Positions 47,325-56,046 of a stretch of 64,000 nucleotides of DNA are shown here, piece by piece (the first letter of the stretch is position 1; each line of letters starts with the position of its first letter). Both the position numbers and the translations under genes were made by a program. The notes below the pieces were generated by a model. The model made no database searches. It saw only the letters and a list, made by a program, of their open reading frames with translations, and was not told where the DNA came from. The DNA is taken from IMG/VR virus record IMGVR_UViG_3300045988_167063. One strand, given 5' to 3'. This stretch comes from a virus.

Positions 47325-48956
47325 CTATTGATACTCACGACTGACCGCTCCACCCTCAGCTAAATCACTATTATCCTTTTGTGGTGCGCCAATATCGTAA
47401 GTATTTGTATTAGCATTAAACAAGGCAAATAAAGTATTTTGCATATCACTATGTTTAGCCTCTTTTACCATTGTTTCAAATTCACTGCCCTCATAACCTA
47501 AAAGAGTTCCCCACTTTCTTAAAGGCACTTGTATTCCTTTATCAGATAATTTTAAATGAGTATCAATATCTTCTTTCCTCTTAAAAGGCAGTGTACTACC
47601 ACTAACACGAAATCTAAATTTATATCTTTTAGTTTTCTTGTTTACAAAGAAATTTAAAAAGTTTTCAAATTGTGGATAAACTGCATTTGCAATTTCTTGA
47701 TAATCAGCGTTTGCAGCCAACTGTGCCTCTTCTTGTGATAATCTTTCATCTGTATAAATAAGTGAACTATTTGAAGCACCTAAACCAGCACTTGTTTTAA
47801 GTTGATTTTTATACATATTACTATTATTATCAGCAAATTGATAAAGCCTTGTTTCTTCAAGAGGTAAAGCAATTTGCTTAATATTTTTGTTAATGCCATT
47901 TCTTGCCAATCTCATAAGTTGTCCGACAACTTTAGGGTCAATAGTAAAGGCATTTTTATTATTGCCAACATTATCTTTATCTCTTGTTTTCATTTCTCCA
48001 AGAATAATTGCATTTGCAGAAATAATATCCTTATCTCTTTGTAATTTAGAAATTATATCATCATCAAATACTGACTTTAATAAGGAAGTTAAAGGTGGAA
48101 CAGTATTAAAATTAGAGGTATCATATTTAAACAACCAACTTCCTGCATTTACCTTTGTTCTTATATAATTTTCAGCATTAAAAGTATTTTGCCTACCCAA
48201 ATTTGACATATTGTCTACAATAAAGTTTTGCATTTGTTTGCTATTATCTTTACTACTTTGTCCTAATTTAGAATAGGCTTGGGCAAGTGTTTCGTCATAA
48301 TTAAGAACATTTACATTTGAACCATTAAAATAATTCAAATTAAAATCCCATAAAAAGCCATTTGCCCCACTACTTATAAAACGACCTGTGAGTTTACAAT
48401 ACTTTTGTGGCATCATTTGTAATGAAAAAGACTCTTTATTATCGTTCAAATCAATCGGAGTATCGTCAAAAGTCTTTTCGCTATCTCTAAGCCAACAAAA
48501 ATAAGTATCTGTTTTGAGCATATTTTTGACAACATTTCTAAATTCTTGTTTCGCTTTAAAATAATTAAAGAATTTATCTACTCTTTTGCAATCCTCTTTA
48601 TACTCTTCACTTTCAAACTCATCATCGTCTACTATATTAATCGGAACTCTATCTATATCAAAAGCCAATAAATTTGTTTTATATTCTATTGCCCTTTTAT
48701 AAATAGCATCCCAAGTTTCCATAAATTCGGAATAATCTTGTAATGTTTCAGCAGAATTTTTATAAGTAGCAATAGCTTGCCTTAAACTATCTCTGTCAGG
48801 TATTTGTTCATTATTATTTAAGTCAACTAATGTTTTATATTCGTTTATAGTATCATAAAAATAATTATTCTTATCTAATGGTGCTGAACTATAAAGTGCG
48901 TTCATAAAATCAATTACATTCCACACTTCGTCACGAGTTATAACTTCATCAGGCAA
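47325..48956 (-). CDS. portal protein
   Basis: 543 aa, directly downstream of terL and upstream of the protease. TTG start after GAAAGGAGG. Confidence 0.6.
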   Translation of the reverse strand: MPDEVITRDEVWNVIDFMNALYSSAPLDKNNYFYDTINEYKTLVDLNNNEQIPDRDSLRQAIATYKNSAETLQDYSEFMETWDAIYKRAIEYKTNLLAFDIDRVPINIVDDDEFESEEYKEDCKRVDKFFNYFKAKQEFRNVVKNMLKTDTYFCWLRDSEKTFDDTPIDLNDNKESFSLQMMPQKYCKLTGRFISSGANGFLWDFNLNYFNGSNVNVLNYDETLAQAYSKLGQSSKDNSKQMQNFIVDNMSNLGRQNTFNAENYIRTKVNAGSWLFKYDTSNFNTVPPLTSLLKSVFDDDIISKLQRDKDIISANAIILGEMKTRDKDNVGNNKNAFTIDPKVVGQLMRLARNGINKNIKQIALPLEETRLYQFADNNSNMYKNQLKTSAGLGASNSSLIYTDERLSQEEAQLAANADYQEIANAVYPQFENFLNFFVNKKTKRYKFRFRVSGSTLPFKRKEDIDTHLKLSDKGIQVPLRKWGTLLGYEGSEFETMVKEAKHSDMQNTLFALFNANTNTYDIGAPQKDNSDLAEGGAVSREYQ

Positions 48957-48980
48957 TAACGACTATTCCTCCTTTCTTAT

Positions 48981-49556
48981 TTAACCATAATCGTAAATAT
49001 CACTGAAATCATCTAAATCAATTTCAGCATCTTGTTCATCTTTCACATACTTAATATAGACTTTATCACAAAAGTAATTAAACATTGCCAAAGTCATATA
49101 TCTATCCTTTGTAGCTGTACTTTTTTCTTTAACTCTAACACCTTTATCTTTAAATTCTGTTGTTAAAGTAATTGCCTCATTAATAGCATACCTTGTTTCA
49201 ACAAACGGTACAAGGTCATAAGCCTTCTTTTCAGAGGACTTCAATATCCATTTACTATCTTTTTCTTGAAATAGTAATTCCATTTCAGAGTCATCTTTAA
49301 GAAAACTAATTATATTATCTTTAAGATTTTTTCTCATCGCTAAGTGCATATCACTATTGATTTCACTTGTACCAGCAATAGGAATAATTACTTCTTCGGC
49401 ATTAGAGTCCATAGTCCTATTAATTTTATCATTTATGATTTTATCAGAGCTTATTTGTAAAATTTTATCTCTACATACAGTCCACGCAGGATATGTAATA
49501 TCTCTTTCATCATCATATGTTTCAGTTGTCAATAAATCAAAGAAAACATTTCCTAC
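48981..49556 (-). CDS. terL: terminase large subunit, exon 3 (nuclease domain C-terminal part)
   Basis: Begins VGNVFFDLL. The ORF-track TTG is the intron end. Joins DSKG of exon 2 to give DSKGVGNVFFDLL, like the D.xGxG nuclease motif. Confidence 0.75.
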   Translation of the reverse strand, partial: VGNVFFDLLTTETYDDERDITYPAWTVCRDKILQISSDKIINDKINRTMDSNAEEVIIPIAGTSEINSDMHLAMRKNLKDNIISFLKDDSEMELLFQEKDSKWILKSSEKKAYDLVPFVETRYAINEAITLTTEFKDKGVRVKEKSTATKDRYMTLAMFNYFCDKVYIKYVKDEQDAEIDLDDFSDIYDYG

Positions 49557-49911
49557 CAATTATGTTATCATATAAGTTTTTTATCTTATATTTCTTATAG
49601 TTGTATTTCCTATAAGTTCGGCGTACCTTTTCATCTAATAAATTTATTTATATAAAAATGACAAGTTTATTTTATTTTTTTGCGTTCCAAAATACATATA
49701 CTTCTTCACTTATTATCATTTATTACTACTAATTATTTATTAGATGCCGAGAACTCTTGGCAAAATTATATTCTATAAAAATAGTTTCATTTGCTACGCT
49801 CTGCGTGTGACTATTCTTTTAAAAATAGCCTTCCACTCGGATTGACATTTCAGTTTTTCCGTTTCTTTCTCGGTTCGATTATATATCACTATATAAAAGG
49901 GCGAAGTTTTC
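49557..49911 (-). mobile_element. group I intron (ORF-less) in terL
   Basis: Follows ggT (G of DSKG). 3' end is ...GAACTTATAGG...CTTATATGATAACATAATTG, homologous to two other introns. Contains GCCAAGAG. Confidence 0.65.
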
Positions 49912-50892
49912 ACCTTTTGAGTCCATAACAAAATATGTGCATTTATAATCATAAAATAATCTTTTTATCATTACAATTTGTTTTTGAGAATTTAAACCAT
50001 TTTCGGCTTTTATATACTCTACTTTTCTTTGATTTGTTTCTATATCTATATTTCCTAATACAAAAACTGTATTATCGTTTTCTCTACCACCACTAACGGC
50101 AATATCCATTGCCAATACTCTTATTTCATTTTCGTGACTAAAATCATATTTATTTTTAATATTATAATAATAGTCATCATTTGTAGTTGGTAAAAAAGCA
50201 GTTTCAAGCACTTGATTTTTATGAAAATCATCATACAAAAACAAACTACCTTCTGTTTCACCAAGCCACAAATTCAAAAACTCCATTTCAAAATCCAAAT
50301 CATTTGTATTTTCTCGTCTTGTTAAATACTGATTTTTTGTTTGAATTTTATTAGCAACTGCTGTAAATATATCACCTGCAAAAAAGCCATATTTAATTCT
50401 TTTATCTGTGTAATGCTTTCTAACTACTGTTTTTAAATAAGTCCAAACCCAATTATCTTTCGTTCTTGCCGAAGTCATAAATATTTGCTTTGGCTCAATC
50501 ATTAACCCATTAAAACTATATGGCTCAAGCATAGGTTCAACAATAGACTCATAGTCTCTTTTCTTAACAATTCTTGCCTCATCTGTTATAGTTATATTAG
50601 CTCTTGCACCACGACCTGTTTCATTACACGCAACAGCGAATATTTTACTACCATTGCCATATTCGACAACTCTACCACCTGTTGTTTTATCTTTTGTAAA
50701 GTTAATATAGCCATCTGCTCGTAGTTGTTTTAAAATAGGACTTATGCCTTTTTTGTCACTACTTAACAACTTATCAATTTTATCATCAATAATTTTATTA
50801 CTTTGACCTAAAGTAAGCGAAGTAATAGCAATTTGAACTCCGGGTAAAAGCAAAGCAAGGTCATTGGCGAGAACACCTATGGTAAAGGATTT
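49912..50892 (-). CDS. terL: terminase large subunit, exon 2
   Basis: KSFTIGVLAND..., Walker B ITITDEARIV. Ends ...YFVMDSKG. Confidence 0.75.
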
Positions 50893-51178
50893 CAATTTTG
50901 TTATCGTATAGGCTCTTTATCCTATACTTCTTATACTGTACTAATTTTCGTATAAGTTCAGAGTACATTTTCATACATAAATACAGAGTATGTGGACACT
51001 CTTGGTGATATTATATTCTTCCATTTCAAAAGTTTCAATCACTACTCGTTACAATACTATTAATTTTTACATTAAATAGTTATCTCGGTGTTGTACTTAA
51101 AATTAGTGTAGTTTCACCGATTTTGCCCAATTTGCTTTATAACTATCTATAATTCATTATAAAGGAGCATTATTATTT
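50893..51178 (-). mobile_element. group I intron (ORF-less) in terL Walker A motif
   Basis: Splits ASRGLS|KSFT. Follows agT and ends ...CCTATACGATAACAAAATTG. Confidence 0.65.
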
Positions 51179-51418
51179 ACTCAATCCTCTACTTGCAATA
51201 AACGCATAAATATCATATTCCCAACAGTCAAGTAATACTTGTCTTTGAAAATAATGTAGTGGTATTTTTAAATGTTCTTCAGTAAAAATATCAAGATTAT
51301 TAAGATAAAATAATTGCCAATTAGCAATTCTCCTATCATAATCTTTTTTACTCAATTTTTTATTTTCTTTTATTTTCTTTTCTTTTGCCAAGCTAATAAG
51401 TTGTTTTTCGTCAATCAA
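51179..51418 (-). CDS. terL: terminase large subunit, exon 1
   Basis: Ends ...YAFIASRGLS (start of Walker A, compare T4 gp17 SRQLGKT). A stop follows two codons later. Confidence 0.7.
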
Positions 51419-52355
51419 GATTATATTTGTCTATGTCATCAATAGATAAATTAAAATCTCTATTGCCTGCCAACATATTTCCTAACGGTCTTAAAACCAT
51501 ATCTTTTTCATATTGATGTACTTTATTGAGGTCATAATATCTGCTTGGCTCTGAATATACATCCTCGACATTATTTTCGTCTACAAGTCTTATCTTTTCA
51601 AACAAAGACTGTTCCGAAGCCGTTTTAGGCTTATTGCTTTCATATTCATCAATACGAAGTTTATTCATATCTCTTATAATTCGATTTTGAACTTTATCTC
51701 TTGTTTCTTCACCACTATATGAACCGTCATCAATTTTTCTCAATAGCAATCTATCTCTACATAAATCACGATAAAGGTCATCTTGCGGTTCATTTATGAT
51801 TTCTACATTTTTTGTATATCTCTCATAGGTTCTTTCAAGATATTGATAATCTTCTGAACTTTCTTGTTTTCCCCAATTAAGTTCAAATTCATCAAGTTCT
51901 TTTTGTCTTAATTCTCGTTGTTCTATTCTACTATCAATATCACTTAAATTAACATTTGTTGCTGATAATTCATTCCAAATATTCTTTTTAGTTTTTGACT
52001 TATGTAATTCAGAAATATACAATCCCAAATAATTGTTCATTCGTTTGCCTTCTTTGCGACCTTCTTTCATTCGGTTTTCGACACCTGCCCAAACCTCAAG
52101 AATAAAAGGAATGTCATTTCGCAAACAAGTATAATAAACGGCTGATTTCATACTACAACCATTTTTAATATAATAATCAATCATTTTTTGACAACAATCT
52201 TTACAATAAGGTGTATGCCCACTTGCAAAAGGTGACCAACTTTCGTAAAAATTAGTCGCACCTCTCATACCACTACACCCTAATTCTGTATTATTGCCGA
52301 GGCAAAGAAACATATCGGTTTCCTTTTTTATGTTTTTAGAAGCCAACGCTTTCAC
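51411..52355 (-). CDS. putative terminase small subunit
   Basis: Immediately upstream of and overlapping terL. Cys-rich N-terminal region. Assignment by position only. Start uncertain. Confidence 0.35.
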   Translation of the reverse strand: MKALASKNIKKETDMFLCLGNNTELGCSGMRGATNFYESWSPFASGHTPYCKDCCQKMIDYYIKNGCSMKSAVYYTCLRNDIPFILEVWAGVENRMKEGRKEGKRMNNYLGLYISELHKSKTKKNIWNELSATNVNLSDIDSRIEQRELRQKELDEFELNWGKQESSEDYQYLERTYERYTKNVEIINEPQDDLYRDLCRDRLLLRKIDDGSYSGEETRDKVQNRIIRDMNKLRIDEYESNKPKTASEQSLFEKIRLVDENNVEDVYSEPSRYYDLNKVHQYEKDMVLRPLGNMLAGNRDFNLSIDDIDKYNLD

Positions 52356-52358
52356 CTC

Positions 52359-52399
52359 TATGTACTAAAAAATAAAAGAGAGAACTTTTGCTCTCTCTT
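52359..52399 (-). promoter_or_regulatory. terminator-like hairpin plus GTACATA unit
   Basis: Minus strand: AAGAGAGA-gcaaaagt-TCTCTCTT, TTATTTTTTA, GTACATAGAGGTG, then the start of the packaging operon. Confidence 0.45.
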
Positions 52400-52424
52400 A
52401 AATTATATTTTACTAAATCTTAAT

Positions 52425-53621
52425 TTAATTTAATACTATTGTAAAATCTGCCACTTTACCTTTATTTTCCTCATAGCAAATAAGACTTGCAGAAGCGTCA
52501 GCAGACTTTCTTATTCTCATAGAATAATCATCTATACCTACAACAGAAGCCACGCCAATAGCACCTCTACGCACACCACAGTTGGCATATTCATTATAAT
52601 GCTTATGCCCTGCAATAATATAGTCAATATTTATGCCATAAATTTCTCTATAATCTTTAATTGCACGACTTAAATCTTTAACTTCTCCGTGAATACCGAG
52701 AAAATTAAAGCCAGCAATGGTATCATAAATAAATCCTGTTTTATTTTCTTTAAAAGTAAAGTTAGGATTATCTTTATTTTTAATTTTAATGATATTAGCA
52801 ATTATTTTATCTGTTGTTTCACAAAGATGTTCATTCTTTTTACCGTCAAGCAATCTTAATTCATCGTGGTTGCCTGCCGTTTGGTTATAAATAATTTTTG
52901 TATATTTTGATAATTCTAAAAGCCATTCGCCTATATAATTACCAAAGTTAATTGCACTATCAACTACACCATATCTTAAAGACCAAAGTTGAGAATTTCT
53001 TATAAAACCTTCCGTACTATCTCCAAGATTGTTAATGTGTAATTCTTTAATGTCAAACAACTTTATTTTTTCAATAGTTTCAGATAAAATTGTTTCCATT
53101 CTCTGTTCAAAAATTTCAGGACTATATTCATTGATAATTTCATTCATAAGTCCATAAACTTTAATATCTTTTCCATAATGGCAATCTGCAAAATTTAATT
53201 GCCAACCTAATTTGCTATGTTCGACAGGAATAGGTTTAATATTAACAGAGTTGCAATTTTCATTGATTGACTCAATTACTTTTTCTTCAAAAAGTTCATC
53301 TCTTGCATTTTCACGCAACCATCTGTTATATTCAAGTTTTTCTGTTTGTAGTTTCTTTCGTTCTTTTTCAAGTTCCCTTGTTTGTTCTTTTATGTCATTC
53401 AAAAGTTCTTCACTATCAGCAAATTTAGATTGGTTAGCAACCATTATTTTTTGAAAAGATTGATATTTTTTTCTATAAGCACTTTCAGAATAGTTATTAT
53501 CTAATAATTCATTAAGAATTTTTGCTACATCTTGCCAAGTGCCAATAATATCCTTTTCAGAACAGACACGATAAATCAATTCATCTTCTGTTTCGTTTTC
53601 AAATCTCTTATAGGTCATCAT
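52425..53621 (-). CDS. calcineurin-like metallophosphoesterase with N-terminal helical domain
   Basis: Motifs DCHYG, LGDSTEG, AGNHDE, GIHGE, AGHKH in canonical order. Confidence 0.7.
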   Translation of the reverse strand: MMTYKRFENETEDELIYRVCSEKDIIGTWQDVAKILNELLDNNYSESAYRKKYQSFQKIMVANQSKFADSEELLNDIKEQTRELEKERKKLQTEKLEYNRWLRENARDELFEEKVIESINENCNSVNIKPIPVEHSKLGWQLNFADCHYGKDIKVYGLMNEIINEYSPEIFEQRMETILSETIEKIKLFDIKELHINNLGDSTEGFIRNSQLWSLRYGVVDSAINFGNYIGEWLLELSKYTKIIYNQTAGNHDELRLLDGKKNEHLCETTDKIIANIIKIKNKDNPNFTFKENKTGFIYDTIAGFNFLGIHGEVKDLSRAIKDYREIYGINIDYIIAGHKHYNEYANCGVRRGAIGVASVVGIDDYSMRIRKSADASASLICYEENKGKVADFTIVLN

Positions 53622-53622
53622 A

Positions 53623-53808
53623 CTATTCCTTTTCGAGTATTGTCTTTATTTGAACTGTGTTCCCAACCATTGTATCTAAAAGGTCAATAATAGGAATTTC
53701 CTTAATATTATCCTTTAATTCAACAAATATGCACAATTCATTATTTTCATTTTTATCCAAAACACCAACAATATCAGTAATTGAATATGAGTCAAATTTA
53801 TGTTTCAT
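53623..53808 (-). CDS. small hypothetical protein
   Basis: 61-aa ORF, tightly coupled. Confidence 0.45.
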   Translation of the reverse strand: MKHKFDSYSITDIVGVLDKNENNELCIFVELKDNIKEIPIIDLLDTMVGNTVQIKTILEKE

Positions 53809-54254
53809 TATTGATTAACCACCTTATTAAGTAAATTGATTACACTATCTTCCATAGGCTTTTTAGGAGGCTTATGTCTTTCATAATGCGCTCTTTCTCT
53901 TTCTTTGGCATTTTTATAAATTTTTCTTGTTTTCATTTTAGGCAAAGTATAATCACATTCATTTACTGCCTTATTAAAAGTATCTGACGGTCTAAAGGTT
54001 ATCTTTTCTTTAGGTTGAACATATCTTATAACTCCGTCAAGATTTATTTTTTTGTCATATCCACCAACTTGCTTAATTTCAAAAATGCCAAATCTAAAAA
54101 TACTTATTCGACCATTTAATTTGAGTTCATCTAAAATAACCTCATAAAGTGCTTTAAGATATTTTTTTGCAAGATTGGGTGTGGCATTTTGACCTACTTT
54201 TTTAGCAATAAGGTTATAAAAGTCATCTGTTCTTAAATCATTCGGTCTACCCAT
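53808..54254 (-). CDS. HU/IHF-like DNA-binding protein
   Basis: LAKKYLKALYEVILDELKLNGRISIFRFGIFEIKQ...ITFRPSDTFNKAVN follows the HU fold pattern. Confidence 0.65.
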   Translation of the reverse strand: MGRPNDLRTDDFYNLIAKKVGQNATPNLAKKYLKALYEVILDELKLNGRISIFRFGIFEIKQVGGYDKKINLDGVIRYVQPKEKITFRPSDTFNKAVNECDYTLPKMKTRKIYKNAKERERAHYERHKPPKKPMEDSVINLLNKVVNQ

Positions 54255-54823
54255 TATGCTTTACTCCTCTTCTTTTCTTTTTCATATCTATTAGAAGAAT
54301 ATTCACGGAGTCTTTCTTTGTATTCTCTTTTAACATTTACTTTAAAAACATCATAATCGGGTTTATCTTCCTCAATAATATGTTTTGTACTCTTTTCACC
54401 TATTTGTGAAGGACAATTTATTACAGTACCTGCTTTTTTACCCTTTTTATGCTTAAATTCTACTTTTGCAAAATACGGAATAGCAAAACTAATATTTGAC
54501 CTATTATTTGATTTAATAAGAGTGTCAACAATATGAACGAAAGTTGTAAATACTTCATCAACTTCGTCAATGGAAAGAGAAGAGTTCCTTGCAATAAGTT
54601 TAACCATATCTCCACCATTTATGTACCCAAGAGTTAATTCTCTCGTAACTTGTTCTTCCGTAATTTCATTTCTTTTAATATGTTGCCTAAGAACATTCAT
54701 AATATCATTTCTTGCTTTTTCATCGGTATCAATAAGTTGCACTGCTTCATCAGCCGAAATGTTTTCTTTATAATAAGTTCTTAAAACTTTTAAAATTCTT
54801 GATTTAACAAGTTTATTATTCAC
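54254..54823 (-). CDS. HU/IHF-like domain protein with N-terminal extension
   Basis: LSIDEVDEVFTTFVHIVDTLIKSNNRSNISFAIPYFAKVEFKHKKG. GTG start after GAAAGGAG. Confidence 0.5.
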   Translation of the reverse strand: MNNKLVKSRILKVLRTYYKENISADEAVQLIDTDEKARNDIMNVLRQHIKRNEITEEQVTRELTLGYINGGDMVKLIARNSSLSIDEVDEVFTTFVHIVDTLIKSNNRSNISFAIPYFAKVEFKHKKGKKAGTVINCPSQIGEKSTKHIIEEDKPDYDVFKVNVKREYKERLREYSSNRYEKEKKRSKA

Positions 54824-55013
54824 TATTTAATTCTCCTTTCTATGAAATTTACCTTTAAGGCGATAGCCCACAATTAAGTGGACTATCTTAAAAAATACTT
54901 TGAGAATATAATTGCAATCCCATATTTATTAAACGCATTGGCAATAGCGTTGGAATGTAATAAAGGACATCTCCTCGTTCCCCTTCCATATTACAGACGC
55001 ATTTCAATATCGA

Positions 55014-55038
55014 AAATTTGGCTTAACCAAGCCATTTT
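55014..55038 (-). terminator. stem-loop downstream of the RNA polymerase gene
   Basis: Minus strand: AAAATGGCTT-ggtt-AAGCCAAATTTT. Confidence 0.4.
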
Positions 55039-55072
55039 CAAAGCTTTTTCGCAAATAGTTTTCTGCAATTTT

Positions 55073-56046
55073 TTAGTCATTTTCGCCAAAAATAAAGCAA
55101 TTTAAGAATTTTTCTTTGTTTGTTTTATACAAAACATTAAGCATTTTTCTTGTAAATTTAGATGTTGATTTATCAATAGGTCTACCTGTAATATTACTTT
55201 CAAGACCCAAAGCACTTTCAACAAGTCTATTGATTGTCACTAAATTATTTACTTTAACCTTTGAAACATTGTCAATTAACTGTTGAAATTTCTCAATATT
55301 TTTTTCAACATCATTTCCTTGCTCTTTATTAGTTTTTACAAAAGTATCATATTCATCAACGAGTTTTCGTATTTTAGACATTTGCCTATGATTAGGTTTT
55401 CCCTCAATCTTAACAAAAAACTCATTTGTCGGAATAGTGTTTGTTGTACCACTTGGCTCAATCTCGTCTAAAATTTCTTCAAGCCAATTCATAGGACAAA
55501 TTATATCATAGTTAATTCTATCATAAACTTTTTTCTTATTATTTCTAACAATCTCAAAAGACAACTCTACACCATTTTTAGTATACGGAATATCTTTTGT
55601 ATATTTCATAAATTTAGGATAATCACATTTGACTTTTTTTTCTTTGTCATTATTTGTAATTATTGTTTTAGTTTTTTGCATACAAGACATATTTTGTATT
55701 CTGTCTATTTCATCCATTCCGTTAATTTCATACTCTCTTTTACACCCATCAATTATAATTTGGGCAACAACAGATAAAATCACAAAATTATTATACAAAT
55801 CTTCATCTTGTTCAGTCCAATAATAACTCATAGCAAGTTGAGCTAAATTACTCGACCATCCTATTCCGAGCCTTGATTTAGCAAATTTATTATCCATTTG
55901 AGAATAAGCAAGTTTTGTATTTTCGTATGTAATAGAACTTTCTTTTAGTTGATTTACAATAGTAGGAAATTCATCATAACATCTTTTTGCACACTTAACC
56001 ATAATGGGATTATTGGTTGCAAAAATGAAGTCAGAATCGAAATCTG
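55073..56046 (-). CDS. YonO/RdRP-like single-chain two-barrel RNA polymerase, exon 2
   Basis: The frame is open upstream of the ORF-track ATG back to (S)DFDSDFIFATNNPIM. Joins exon 1 in frame (1810 + 974 nt = 928 codons). Confidence 0.6.

Noticed and set aside
49557-51178. Inteins or group II introns as the explanation for the split genes
   Set aside because: Stops occur within 1-27 codons after each break, so no in-frame intein is possible. There is no reverse-transcriptase ORF, no GUGYG 5' end and no domain V-like element. Group I core motifs and the U/G boundaries are present instead.
48981-51418. Split terL, nrdD, TMP, tail and RNAP genes as pseudogenes of a decaying prophage
   Set aside because: All exon pieces keep long intact frames that rejoin in phase at conserved motifs. 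The inserts carry conserved RNA elements rather than random indels. This cannot be fully excluded without RNA data.
54824-55072. tRNA or other structured RNA gene in the intergenic gaps (also 35506..35611 and 58747..59134)
   Set aside because: I could not find a cloverleaf with a GTTCRA-type T-arm by eye. Only simple hairpins are present. tRNAscan-SE or Infernal would be needed to exclude this formally.
54878-55105. Plus-strand 75-aa ORF in the gap between the RNAP and HU-like genes
   Set aside because: It has no RBS, runs against the transcription direction, and overlaps hairpin elements and the RNAP stop.
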